In this document: positions 43,742 to 59,098 of the stretch, in pieces
How the letters are laid out: each line of letters opens with the position of its first letter
How positions within the stretch are numbered: the first letter of the stretch is position 1
From: the human T2T-CHM13v2.0 reference genome, Homo sapiens
Strand: one strand, 5' to 3'
Assembly: GCF_009914755.1 (NCBI RefSeq)
Contig: NC_060931.1
Length of the DNA stretch: 64,000 nt
Notes under the pieces: generated by a model
What the model was told of the DNA's origin: nothing
The model's input: only the letters and a program-made list of their open reading frames with translations
The model's database searches: none
Program-made: the position numbers and the translations under genes

Positions 43742-44061
43742 CTTTATAATAAGCCAATAAACCTTAAGTCAGTGTTTCTGTGAGTTGCTTCAGCAAATTA
43801 ACCAAACCCAAAAAAAGGATCATGGAAACCTCAACTTGAAGCCAGTTGGTCAGAAGTTCTGGAGGCTCAGACTTACGACTAGTGTCTGAAGGCTGGGGGG
43901 TGGGGAGGGCAGGGGGATTGGGGGCAGTCTTGGAGACTGAGCCCCAAGTGGGTGGGGTCTGGTACCACCTCCAGGTAGATAGTATAGAAACAGAATTGGA
44001 GGACACCCAGCTAGTGTCTGATGCTTGGTTTGTGTGGAAAAAACACTACACATTCAGTTAC

Positions 44062-44708
<647 letters not shown>

Positions 44709-45847
44709 GTCACAGAACTCTTCTGTGTTGATTGTTGTGGTATGAGGGTAGAGGAAGAACATGGCTTGAGAGAGTTTTTTCTGTGTGTACCCACTGTCAT
44801 CCTTTTAGATCCCTTTCTGTGCTTGGAAAATGTCCTTCCTTATGACACATGGTGGGCAGCAGAGTCCACCACCCAGTGGGAAAAATACAAATGCAGAGAT
44901 TCACTTTCCAGCATCCTTTGCAGCTAGGGTCTGGGCCCTACAGGTCCGTGTAATCATCCTGATCTCTGATGGAGAGCCAGTGGCACCAAAAGCTGAGGGA
45001 CTATGAAGAGCTCAGTCTGGCTGTGGGAATAGTTTATACAGGGCTGAGTCCTTGGGATGGCAGAGACTGTGTGGCTGGTGGCAGTAAGTGGTGGCCAGGG
45101 CTGGTGCTGTTGGCTGCACAGGCTGTGGCACTGGGGGCTTGGGATTGCTGCAGTCGGGTCCTTACCCGACCAGTTCTGGGGCATGTTTGCGTCTTGTTCC
45201 CGATTACCCACGCTTACCTCCTTAATATCCTTTTAGCAAAGTACTTCTCTGCTTAAATCAAGCATTGTTGATTTCTGTTTCTTGCAATTAAGAATCTTAA
45301 TTGATACACCCTGATACACAGATTCTGGATCAGTGGTTTTAAAATTCTTTTCAGGCAAGGAAGCCTTTCATTAAATGAAATCTTATGAGGAAGCGTAACA
45401 CATGATGCTGGTAAAAGAGGTGCTGCTCTGCATTAGGGCCCTGGAGGGAATGCTAGTGCATAAAGCATAGCTGTAATCCATTGCCCTGGACATTCTGTGA
45501 TCCTGGATCAATTACTGCCTCCCTACCCATGTTACACAGGCCCTGGTCTCCGCCAGGCAGCTGCTGGATGAGGAGGGGTTGATGTTTGCTGCTAGTTCTA
45601 AATCAGTGTGTATTTCCAGGGCCCTTCATATGCTGTTTGTCTCCTCCAAGACACCGGCCTTCTCTGCCTTCTGATCGCTTTCACTGGGTGAATGGTGACA
45701 TACCCTCCTGTGTGCAGGCCCTGTACAAGTGTGGATACCTGGATCAAAGAGATTACATGCCTCTTAGAATCCTCTTCAAAATACCAGTCCATTTCTAAGA
45801 TTAAAAAACTTAGCAGTCAACTAATCAGTAAGGGCTGATATTTGCCC

Positions 45848-46245
45848 TGTTAAAAGAAAGACCTTAGCCAAATTAAATTTAATAGAGTTTAATTGAGTGA
45901 GGAACGATGCCCAAATTGGGCAGCCTCCCAAGCCAGAGTAGGCTCAGAGAGACTCCAGCACAGTCATGCAGTGGAAGACGATTTATGGACAGAAGGAGGA
46001 AAGTGACGTACAGAAAACATTAGTGAGGTACAGAAAGAGCTGGATTGGTTACAAGGTTTGCCTTATTTGACCATGGTTTAAACCGTTGATCCCCTTTGAC
46101 TGGCAAAAACTCAGTGATTGGCACAAGACTAGGTTACAGTCTATTGACACCTCCACATAGGTTATAGTTCACTGTGCACAGAGAAACCTTTAGGCTGAAC
46201 TTAAAATATGTAAGGAGGCAGCTTTACACTAAACTTGATTTAACA
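45848..46245 (-). mobile_element. MER57-like ERV1 solo LTR
   Basis: TGTTAA...TTAACA termini; perfect 4-bp TSD gccc at 45844-45847 and 46246-46249. Confidence 0.8.
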
Positions 46246-46284
46246 GCCCTCACAGATAAAGTAGGATGTGCTTTGCAGCAGGTC

Positions 46285-46530
<246 letters not shown>

Positions 46531-48269
46531 ACCCTGACTTTTTTTTTTTTAATTTGAGATTATTAGAGTCACATTTAGTTGACATTTTGGGCCAGATGAC
46601 TGTTGTAGGGGCTGGCCTGTGTTTTGTAGGACGTTTAGTGAATCTCTGGTTCTATTCCCTAGATGACATGAGAACCCCACCTCCCTTCCTGGGTGTGACA
46701 GCTCAGTGTCTTCAGACACTGCCAGATGAACATGCTCTTAGGAGCAGAATCATTCCCAGTTGAGAGCCGCTGCTCCAGAGCCATTTTAAAGGTACAAGGA
46801 GCGGTGCCACCACTGTGGGGACCGCAGCTGGACCTGACAAATTTTCCTTGGCTATAGTAGAAGCCTCAGACCCTGCAGCCTTGGCTGAACGGGGAGGAGG
46901 TGAAGCCAGAGGGGCTGAGCAGGTCACTGCCGGGTCCCTGTGAGGTGATGACTCTGTGTGGCCTCTCTGGGAGAGCTGAGAGGCTGCAGGCTGTGGCGTG
47001 GGCCCTTTCAGCCCTGAGTGAGCCGTGTGAGTAGAAGGCAGGTCTGAGGAGGGGAGGCCCAGGGAACCCTCGCCCTCCCCTGCCTCTCGCTGGGACTTCC
47101 TGAGTAAAGGAGGAACTTGGGAGCCACAAGCAGATCCACTGCCCTGGTGATGCAGTGGGGGAAAGGGTGGGGCCTGGCCTCTCAGGGCAGAACCTCTGAG
47201 AAAGGCCCCTGGGAAGGAAGATTCCTGAAGAGGATAAAGCCAGGCCTGCTGGTGGTGGCTGGGGCGAGGATGCTCAGTGCGTTTGGAAGACAGCAAATCA
47301 CTCCAGGAGTGGCCTGAAGACAACCCTCTCCCTCACAGTCTGCCGAAGAGCAGAAGTTTGGAAGAAGCAAAGAAGAGGCAGGGTTTCCTACCCCTGAGCC
47401 TCATTTTAGGGTAGGAAAATCAGGTCTCATGGGAGCCTCGTGAATTCCGCAAGTTCTCCCATGTAACGGATGTCGGAATAAAGTTATTTCGGTTCAGATG
47501 CTATGTCGTAGCGCTATGATAGCTGTGAACATGCAGGTAAAGTATTCTCAGGGTTGGTGATACTCAAGCACTGCTGTTTGTACTTCTGTAGAGGAGTTTA
47601 TAATTTTTTCTTAGTAATGACTCCATAAAACAAAAATGAAAGTTTCACTGGAATAAAGTGTTCTTTTTGTGTACAGAGAAACATCTATAATTAAAAAGAT
47701 AGTATATTGACTTCAGATCATGCTAACTTGATATGCTTTTGACTCTATTATAAATACGATCCTAGATAAACCACCAATGCCAAAAGCAGAATAAATCCTT
47801 TACGGTGAGGAAAAAGAAGTGGGAGGGAAATAACATATGGCATAAAGTTATACAAACTAAAAATAAAGCTGCCTGGTTCTCCTCAAGTAGCTCTTAGGTA
47901 CTTTGAATGTCCTCAGTGGAAGGAAAAATAATAAATCCAAACATGATTAAATGTATGTGGACTTAAACTGTTATCACACACATTTTTAGAGACAGAAAGC
48001 GGATCTGTGGTTGGGGCCGGGGCTGGGAATAGGGATTGACTGCACTCTGGCACAAGGAAAATGTTTTGGGATGATTGAAATGTTCTAAAATTGGATTGTG
48101 GTGATGGTTGCATAACTATAACTTTACTAAAAATCATTGAATTTTACACTTCCAGTGGATAAATTCTATATGTAAATTTTATGTTGCTGAAGCAATAACA
48201 GAGTTATTGCTGTGTGCTTTAAATGACATCTTATTTGAGGTTTTTTTTTTTCATTTTTAAATGTTTTGC

Positions 48270-49071
<802 letters not shown>

Positions 49072-50438
49072 TAAGTCTTTTAAGCCCTCAGGGCCTCATC
49101 TTCTTCCCTGGAAAATGGAGGTGACAGTGTTCCTACCTCAGGAAACTGTTGTGTCAGTTAATAGAATAAATAAGTGTAAAGCACTTGCACCACACCTGGC
49201 TCCTAGTGTCATCACCACAACTGCCATCCCCGCGGTTACTGTTCACTGTCACTTTCTTCTCCAGCCTGGCCAAGGCCAGGTCTCTAGTCCAGGCTCACTG
49301 CCCAGCCTCTCCTAGCCACACGCTGCAGTAAAGGTGGAATTCTGAATGAGAGCTGAATCTTTCTGAAAGCATTGGGGCTCCCCTATGCTTTAGGTGAGTT
49401 CAGACTCCTCTCGGCCACGGGGGCCCTCCCCCTACACCTGGGCCCCTTCTTGGTCTCCTCATCTCATGATTCCTCCAGCTGTCTCTAAGCCCTTGATTCT
49501 CCTGCCATTTGGAAATTCTTCCAGATTTCATATGGGCTTTAACTGGGACAGTCTTCCCTCTCTTCTGCCAACCCTTGCTCTTCCTTTAGGTACCAGCATC
49601 GTGTGGCTCTTGGAAAAGCCAGCCAGGAGTGCATGATAGGCCCTGTCTACTTTGTGCCCCCTCAGGAGCCCTCCAGAATTGTAATTACCATGAACACCTG
49701 TGCACCATCATGAGTCCCATGAGGCAGGGTGTGCTCTCCTGCCCTGCACTGGTGTGGCTTCCAACTGTGCCTGGCACAAGGTCAGGAGCCCTCGAAGGTA
49801 AACTGTGTCTCTAAGGTGATGAGTTGCCTTCCTGTCTTAATTGCTCCAGGGAGATAACTTAATCCAAGGCCATGTTCAGTTAATTTAGAAAAGCCTAAAG
49901 TCTAGAACCCTTTCTCTGAGTCTCTGTTCAGGAGAATGTTCCTTTATGAATTCTGGGGATTTGATTTAAACTTGAAAAGAGATTATGGCCTTGGCATTTG
50001 GCGGGATGGTACTTTTCCAAGGGGAAGAAAATAATAAAAGAAATTACTGTGAACCATGTATTAATTTGCAAACCAACTTTTTCTTACAGAGTTCCTCTTT
50101 ATTTTTCCAAACATGTATTTAAAAGATACATTTGAGTGAAGCAATGTCCTGGCTTTAATCTGCGGGATTTAGTGGTTTACTACCCCCAGTGGTAACCAGC
50201 CTTTCCTTTCCCTGACCACTAATGGGCTGGTGGGAGCTGGTGGTTCCCACAACTTCTATTTGTGTGTATGTTATCCCATCTTTAAAGATTTCTAGTTTAG
50301 CTGCATTTTATAAGGTGTATAATATTATGTCAGTACTTCTACATGATTTATCAATAAGTAATATATATATTGGGGTTACATGCTCAAATGCTATAAAGAT
50401 GGTTGAAGTTGTGATGCATTATTTTAAAATTAGGAATA

Positions 50439-50750
50439 GGGCTGGGCACAGTGGCACACACCTGTAATCCCAGCACTTTGGGAGGCAAGGCGGGAGGATT
50501 GCTTGAAGCCCAGGAGTTCGAGACCAGCCTGGCCAAGATGGCAAGAAAGGACCACACTGTCTTAAAAATAAAAAAAAGAGGCCGGGTGTGGTGGCTCATG
50601 CCTGTAATCCCAGCACTTTAGGAGGCCAAGGTGGGCAGATCATTTAGGCCAGGAGTTCGAGACCAGCCTGGCCAACATGGTAAAACCCTGTCTCTACTAA
50701 AAAAAAAAAAAAAAAAAAAAAAGTTTTCTGGGCGTGGTGGCGCATGCCTG
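50439..50750 (+). mobile_element. Alu monomer followed by a 3'-truncated Alu
   Basis: Two consecutive left arms (50439, 50579); the second breaks shortly after the A-rich linker. Confidence 0.85.
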
Positions 50751-53700
50751 TGAGGATAATGATTACGTAGAACTGTATCTGTACAGTGGTTTGCAGACTG
50801 TAGAAATCAGCATGAGCTCTTTGGGATGAAGGGTTGAGCCCTTCGGCTCGGCCTCCTCAGCAGTGTTGCTGGATGCTGTTTGTGAAGCACAGTTACCTGA
50901 GTCACCCGAGGAGCCTTAAGTGTGTCCCCCACCCCTGGCTTGCACTCTCAGGATGCCCTTCACTGCCCTGAGTGGGGCCGGGGTGGGTGTTGAGCCTCCC
51001 AGCTGATTCCAAGCGTGGCTCCTCCCCAGCAAACTGAGCCGTGGCTCCCAGACACCCACCTGAGGGACTTGGATACAGCATGCAGGAGCTAGAGAGCAGT
51101 AAGAAAGACTCTAAGAAGACTCTTTCCACCAAATTAAGTTCATTAATAAAGGAATTAGGTAATTGGCATGGGATGTTTAGAATAACTAGCTGATACCGGG
51201 AGAAAGCGATGCGGGGGAAAGGTAACACCTCCTGTGTGTGGGCATGAAAGTCACTTATCTGATCCCCATTTGTCCTCATTGGTACCAGATGTCCCATCCC
51301 ATTGTATCATTTCTGTGTGGCTTACTGGGGAGGCAGAGGGGATGAGGCAACAGCTGTTTTCTTCCTGTCTCCTTCATGCCCTGCCCACACTTTCATTCTC
51401 CATTCTGGGGGTAGTGGAAGGAAAGGCTGCTGCTCCCTTCCCAGAAACCAGGGCCATCGTGCCCCTCCTTGGCCTTACTGTTGGAATACTGGGAATCCTG
51501 TGACTGTACCCACAGCTGCAGTCCTAAAGCAGGGAGGTAGGCAGGAGAAATTTTATTAAACATGCTTGGAACACATTCGTGATTGGGGGTGGGGATTGTG
51601 GCTCTTAGGGCAGCCCTGGGAAGTTTAGGTGACTGAGTATTTTAGGAGTCTGCACATGTCTGCCTGGATACCTCATGAATGCCAGCTCATCCTCAGATCC
51701 CAACTTAAAATCCCTTCCTCTGGGAAGCTGGTTCCAATTCTGGACTGGTCGGGCTCCTTCCCTGCTCTGTGCCCGCTGGGACAGTAGTCTTCAGTCATAC
51801 ATCCACTCAGCTCCACCCCAAATCTGTCCCTTGCTCTGCAGGCTCAGGCCCCCCACCCCCTCATCATGCACCTGGACTTCTGCATCAGGGTCCCCCTCAG
51901 TCGGCTCCTGGCCTCTCACCTCTTCCCTGCTGCCGGCTCCAGGGTGACCTGGACCACCACCCCACACTTTCACTGCCCCCAGCAGCGTTTCTTAAAGCTG
52001 GGTTGGATCTGTAGAAGGATTCCCCAGGGTGCTTTTTTGAGCTTCCCCAAGACCTGCTAGGGCTGACCATTGTAGGTAGCCTGGAGAATGTGCATTTGAC
52101 AAGCTCCCTGGTAATGCTGGCAAAGGCAGAAGTTTAGGGACCACTGAGCAGGGTCCACCAGGCGGTTCACAGTCTCCTATCCATGCGCTGTCTACATCTC
52201 ATGACTCTGTCCCATGCCCTGCACACCCCACCCGCCACACCCCACTGCCTTGATTTCCCCTCACGTGCCTCTGTTCCCTTTCACACTCGGAGGGCTGTGG
52301 CTGTGCTGTCAGTGTGCACAGATGCTGTTGGGTAGCCCTCCTGGCTGTGACTCCCTTCTGGTGTCCTGTGCTCACCTCTGTGTTTGGTAGCTGTGGAACT
52401 CAATGCCCATCCCAGAGTCAATCATTTTGACTTAAGACAAGCGATTATATCTTTGCACTCCTAACATCTGTCTAGCACAGCCTGACACCTAGGAGGCAGA
52501 AAAAACAGTTTTGAATGTGCGAGTTGAGTGTGGCCAAAGTGAGAAGCACCTGGAGTTGGCCTGTATTCTGTGGCTCCCTCATGTGCCTAGCCCCCAAACA
52601 CTGCCCTCATGTTACAGGGAAATGTGGCAAGTGAGGATATAAAGGTGTAGGAGATAAAGAAATATGGCAACATTATTGAAGTTAGGAACCGTCTGGATTT
52701 TGTCTTGGTGCTTCCAAGACCTCAGCATCACGGAGCAGTGGGTTGTATGAAGTTCAAGGCTCCCTTTTTCATGGAAAATTACAAGCACATTTATTTTTAG
52801 GTCCCATGTCCCTATTTGTTCTTTCTTCAACTCTTTGTGTGGCAATGTTAACAAAGAGGAGGAGGAGAGAGGGCAGGATGACAGGACAGACTTGCCCCAT
52901 CTGTTACTCCTTCTCCAATATCACCAGTGAAAACCAGGATTCCCCAGACTTTTGCCATCCCGGTTCCCATCTGTTGCGTTTCTTACCATTGATGAAAGCC
53001 ATTGACAAGAATAAAAGTGACTGATAAAATAATAGCATGGGGGAAAGTAAAATCTACAATATGCTTCTGGGAATTTGTCTTACCAGCGTGGATAAGGTTG
53101 TGCATCGCAGCGTTGGTTGTGGAAACAGTCTGTGTGTCCACTTAGACTGTAGTCCAGCCACAAAGGGGGACATTCTGCAGCTGGAACAGAAGGAAGAGAA
53201 GGCCCACATGGAAAAATTTCTGTTCTATAGTGTTCAGAGCAAAAAGTAAGGTACAGAACAATATATATCTTCTTTGCATTTTTGTGTAAGAGAAAGGTAA
53301 GAATATATATTTGTGTTTATTTGTAAATAATTGAGAGATCCTGCGTAGACACCAAAGAGCCAACACAATGGCAGTCCATGGTGGGGGCACGGGGAGGGCT
53401 GGGACAGTGTGGGAACCGGATTTCTCAGAGTGCCTCTCTTTATAGTATCTTGATTTTTTTGAACCATGTGAATATCTTACCTTTCAAAAACTTATACAGA
53501 GGTTAAAAACAATATATAAAATATGATTTTTAAGTTTAAAGTTACATAAATAGCCTGATCATTCTTTTGTCATTAACACCAAACCACTCGCCAGCGTTTG
53601 CCCCGCCTGGGGCCCCGCATGGCTTTCATCACAAGCTTCTCATTTCACCTCTACAAGGAGGGTGTGGACTTGCCCAGTAATGCACAGCTGGAAAGCAGGC

Positions 53701-53937
53701 AAGTCAGGATTGGAACTCCTGATCTCCATCTTGGGGATTATAAAACGGAAGCAGAGCAGAGGGTACTTCCTTTCAGTGATGGACACGGGACCAATTCACA
53801 GATGCAGGCACTAAAAACTGCACCTGTGAAGTTAAATCCAGTATCTTGGGTCTTTTCATGCTTTGTAAAGTTGTGCTTCATGTCTTCAGGCTCTTTAGGG
53901 TATCTGCATCCAGTTAGGACCCAGTGGTCATCTCATG

Positions 53938-53950
53938 TGACCTTTGACCC
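53938..53950 (-). promoter_or_regulatory. Candidate DR1 element (PPAR:RXR / HNF4 / COUP-TF)
   Basis: TGACCT T TGACCC on +, i.e. GGGTCA A AGGTCA on -; matches the RGGTCA-A-AGGTCA consensus. Confidence 0.45.
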
Positions 53951-55037
53951 CTTCCCTTTGTGGAAAGCAGTAGCCATGCACACCCTGTAGCTCTGGGGTC
54001 AGGTGAGCAGGGCCAGCCTGGGTGTCAGGGCAGCTCAGGCGGACAGGGCTCAGGCAGGCTTCAGAGTGGAGAGCCAGGAGGGCGGCCTCATCCCTAAGCC
54101 CGGCTCCTGAGGCAGCTCAAAGACCAACTGTTCTAACTGTTCACCCACCAACTTTGAGCAGCTGACTGTGTAGTGTTCCTGAGTGTCTTTGCTGTGTAGA
54201 CGGCACGCATGTATCATCATGTTCTCCACGAGAACCAAAACCCAGCTCTCTTGGCACAGGTTGTGTACTTGGCTAATACAATTTAGTTGTGCTCCTAGTA
54301 GAACATAATAAGGACCCGGTCAGTCTGAGCATGATCTCTTTCTGCTGAAACGTGGTCACGTCTCCCTGTGAGATCAGCCTGACGAGAGGGCTCCCTGAGC
54401 TGCCTTTTCCCAGCATATTGGAGAGCTGCACGCCCGGCTTCTGTCACAGGAAACCCCAAAGCTGCTGCTGCTTGTGCTGTAGGAATGTTGCCAAAACTGC
54501 CAATCTGTTTGTGAGCTTCACACCTGATGGGAGAACTGCTTTGTTCTGAATAACTATTATGTTTTTGTTTGTTTTCCTCAGACTCAAAAGTTTTCCACAA
54601 TTGTGTACCTTTCTGCTTTGGCTGTCTTAAAACACAGATTTGTATTCCAGTGTTGATACTTGTAGAGGCTTTGTATTCTTTTTTATTTTTATTTTTGGAG
54701 ATGGGGTCTTACTTTGTTGTCCAGGCTGGTCTCAAACAATCTTCCCACCTCAGCCTCCCAAAGTGCTGGGATTACAGGCATGAGCCACTGTGTCCCGCCA
54801 GACTCTGTATTCTTGACAGTGTTTCTCCCTGGGCCCACAGCCTTTCTGTTTTATCCGGATTATTCCTAGCCCTCGTTTTTTTTTTTTTTGATTTTTAAAA
54901 AAATGTGTGTTGTTGTTTATTATGTTTTCTCACAAACAGCCACAAATTCTTTGTGGAATGAATCTCAATATAAGCAAAGGAGCAAACTTTGTATCTTAGG
55001 TTCTTCTGGACTTGATTTTTTTAGCTTTTCTCTTGTG

Positions 55038-55370
55038 CAGGGATCAGCAAACATTTTCTGCAAAGGCTCAGATAGTAAATATTTCAGGTTTTTCCACCTA
55101 ATATCTTACAGTTACTCAATTTGCTATTGTCAAGTGAAAGTAGCTACAGCTGATAAATAGATGAAGGTGATTGTGTTCTAACAAAATTGTATGGCCACTA
55201 ACATTTGAATGTCATAATTATAATTTTCTCATGTTATGAAGTATTATTCTTTTTTGTATTTTTCTACCACTAAAAAAAATGCCAAAGCCATTCTTACTTT
55301 CCAGGCTATAGAAAATCAGGTGGCCAGCTGGCTGTGTCCTGTGGGCTGCAGTTTGCTGATGCCTGCTCCA
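55038..55370. mobile_element. MER58-like hAT element
   Basis: cagggatcagcaaacattttctg...cagtttgctgatgcctg. Confidence 0.7.
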
Positions 55371-55690
55371 GAGTACTGTTGTGTTTTGACCACTTCCAAG
55401 AAAGAGGAGGCATTCCAATTAGCAGCCACAGCCAGTGCTCAACCCAGCATTGGTCTTATTTGAGTGACAGTCAGAGTCAAGATTCACATGCACCTGGGAA
55501 TACCAGCCCTGGGACTGTGTGAGGGCAGGAGTAAGGTCTGGAGCAACCAATCTCCATTTCTTGCCTCTCCTGAAGAGTGGCAGTCCCTTCAGTTTGAGGC
55601 ATGAATGTCTCCTTACAGTTCTTTCGTAACTAGGCAGTAGACTGTTGATCCCCTTTTAAGAAAGCATCTTTATTAAATCAGTTAATCTAA

Positions 55691-56032
<342 letters not shown>

Positions 56033-58234
56033 TAAAATATAAAGAATTAATGATCCAATGAACAACCCATATGCCTGCCTCCCAACACCATTACTTTGAA
56101 GCTCCCTTTGTGCTCTCCCCACACAGGGATAGCTACTTGCTGGAAATTTGTGTTCCCCATTCCATTGCTTTTCTGGAAAGTTTCACCACAGGTGTCTGTA
56201 TCCTTGAACAGAGGCATCGTTGCACTTCTCATAAATGGAATAGCATGCCATGTGTTCATCTGCAGCTTGCTTTCTGTTTCATTCAACCTCTGGTTCCTGA
56301 GGCCCCTGCCTGCTGTTGCATGTAACTGTAATTTACTCAGTTTCACCATGGTACTCTATTCCATTGTGTGGGTATCCCACAGTTTACTTATTCATTCTGT
56401 GGTGGAGGGACGCTTAGATTTTGTCCAGTTTTTTGTTATTACAAGCAGTGCTGCTTTTAACATTCTTGTATCTGTCTGTTGGTGTATGGGGGCAAAAATT
56501 TCTCTTGGGAATATATTAGAAATAGAGTGGCCAGCTTCTGAATTTTTACTTTATTGATCACACTGGTATGAGGCATCCATGTGGCAGACGTGATTTACCA
56601 GTGATTGCTGAGCATGTGGATTCCAGGTCCTGGCCCTAATGCCCATCATGTTCCTACTCTAGGAAGATGCTGCCCTTTCCAAATCATGCATCCTAAGTTA
56701 GAGATGCCTCCTATAAGGTGAGGAAAATCATGCCTCTACATCTTCTCATGCTTCCTAAGCAGGCTTAAGGTTTCGTTTTGTGCCCTTTGTGTTGGTGACA
56801 GTGTGTTCATTTGGCGTGTCGGTAAGCTTTGCAGACATTGTGTGTTCTATATAAAGTTTCTTTTATGCTCAATAGAAGGCCCTTACCTTGTCATAAAAGT
56901 GTACAGCATAAATCAGAATATCTCTTTGCCAACTGTTGAAAGGGCCCATTTAACACTGGAACAAGTATAACTGGCTGTGATTCATCTACTATGTCGACAT
57001 ATTTGAAGTGCATTTACCCTCACTTTTTCCTTTCTGGAACTTATATTTCTTTCACGTGGTATATTTCTTTTGCAGGTTTGGCTTCTTCGTGGCATTTGTA
57101 GAAAACTAGCAAAATATGAGCTTTGCATTCCCCCGGATCCAGAAGCCAAATGGGCAGACTAGACTTTGTTGGCACTCTGGCCCTCCCAGCACACCTCTCT
57201 GGGCCCACTCTCCACTGGGTAGTGGCACAATGCTTTCTCCTGCCTCTCCCTTCCTTCTGCCTTTCTCGGTTCTCTTCCTCAAAATCTACCTCTGCAGTCA
57301 CTTCCCCAGGGTTTACAATAAACGATGGGAATGGCCAGTGGGGAAAGGGCTTTGAGTCAGGGCCGCTCTTCTGACCCCTGGAAGTCTTTCATAAGTGGGG
57401 TCAACCTGAAGTTCTAAGTGTGATTCCCAGAGGGAAAAGCAGGGTTCATTTCTCTGGCCCCAACTTCACACCTTCCATGGAAGTCTTAGAGGATTCTGTC
57501 AGGCTCATTCAAGGACAGCAAAAATGCATCGCCACATTCTCCTATATAGTCATCTTGTGAAAATACAGCAGCAGCCCACTGGAAGGACCCAATAGTTGTT
57601 TATTTTTTCCTTCATGACTAAATCAAAAGTTTCTACACTGATCTAAGTAGAAATAGAATAATTCAAGGGAAGCAATGAAAAGTAATTCAAAATAAATATG
57701 TAGCTAAGGCTGCATGAATGTGTACTCACGTGGGTGGAGGAGTACACAGGGTCGTTGCTGCCACTAGGGTATATGCAAAATTGGGACTGATTAAAATTTA
57801 GTAAGCTAAGCATTCTTTCAGCAGTCTTACAAACTATTATTGGAAATGTTAAATAACAAACCATTTTTGCCACAACATGTGTTTCTGTAACACAGGTTAG
57901 CTCATCTACTGTTACGATTGTAAATATGGGAATTATGTCAGAATAATGTGGAAACCAGTGTTTCCCCAGCATGTTTATATTTTGCAGTGGTGCACAAAGC
58001 CAGCAGAATTCTGTAAGCTGTGGAGGAACACAGGACCCATTCACCTTGTCCTTCTTGGTTTGCTGGCCGTGGCTCTGTTCCAGAAGTGATTTTGCCTGGC
58101 TGTCTCTGAGCTCTGTGCATTTTGCCCTTGTTACAACTCAGCTGCCTCAACTCCTCTTTACCTCCTTTTCAATTAAGCTTGTATTACCTTTTAAAAATAT
58201 TAAGCGACATCACTTTCCTTTTTTTATTTAAAAT

Positions 58235-58740
58235 ATTTTTAAATGGTGGTAAAATATACCTCACATAAAATTTTCCATTTTAATCATTTTTCAGTATACA
58301 GTGGCATAAAGTACATTCACATTGTTCTCATCACCACCATCCGTCTCCAGAACTCTTTTCATCTTTTCAAACTGAAACTGTGCCCCCATTAAACACTAAC
58401 TTCCCATTCCCCATCTTCCAGCCCCTGGCAACCACCATCCTACTTTCTGTCTCTATGAATTTGACCACTCTACATGTCTCCTGCCACCGGGTTTTTATGG
58501 TATTTGTCTTTTTGAGTGTGGCTTATTTCACTTCGCATAATGTTGTCTGAGTTTACCCATGTTGTAGCATGTGTCAGGATTTCCTTCCTTTTTAAGGCCT
58601 GATAATATTTCATTGTATGTATACCCCATTTTCTTTATTGATTAAGTGCTGTTGGATACTTAAGTTGCTTCCACTTTTTGGTTATTGTGAATAATGCTGC
58701 TGTGAACATGGGTGTGCAGACAATCTGTCTGAGTCCCCTG
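58235..58740 (-). mobile_element. L1MB-like 3' end
   Basis: Reverse of the same L1 3'UTR type as 5665-6410. Confidence 0.85.
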
Positions 58741-58784
58741 CAAGTCCCGTTTCTTTACTTATTAGTAATTTAACCAGTTTTTAA

Positions 58785-59098
<314 letters not shown>

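Noticed and set aside
46712-47323. 203-aa minus-strand ORF
   Set aside because: GC-rich intronic sequence, Ser/Pro/Ala-rich product, no homology recognised.
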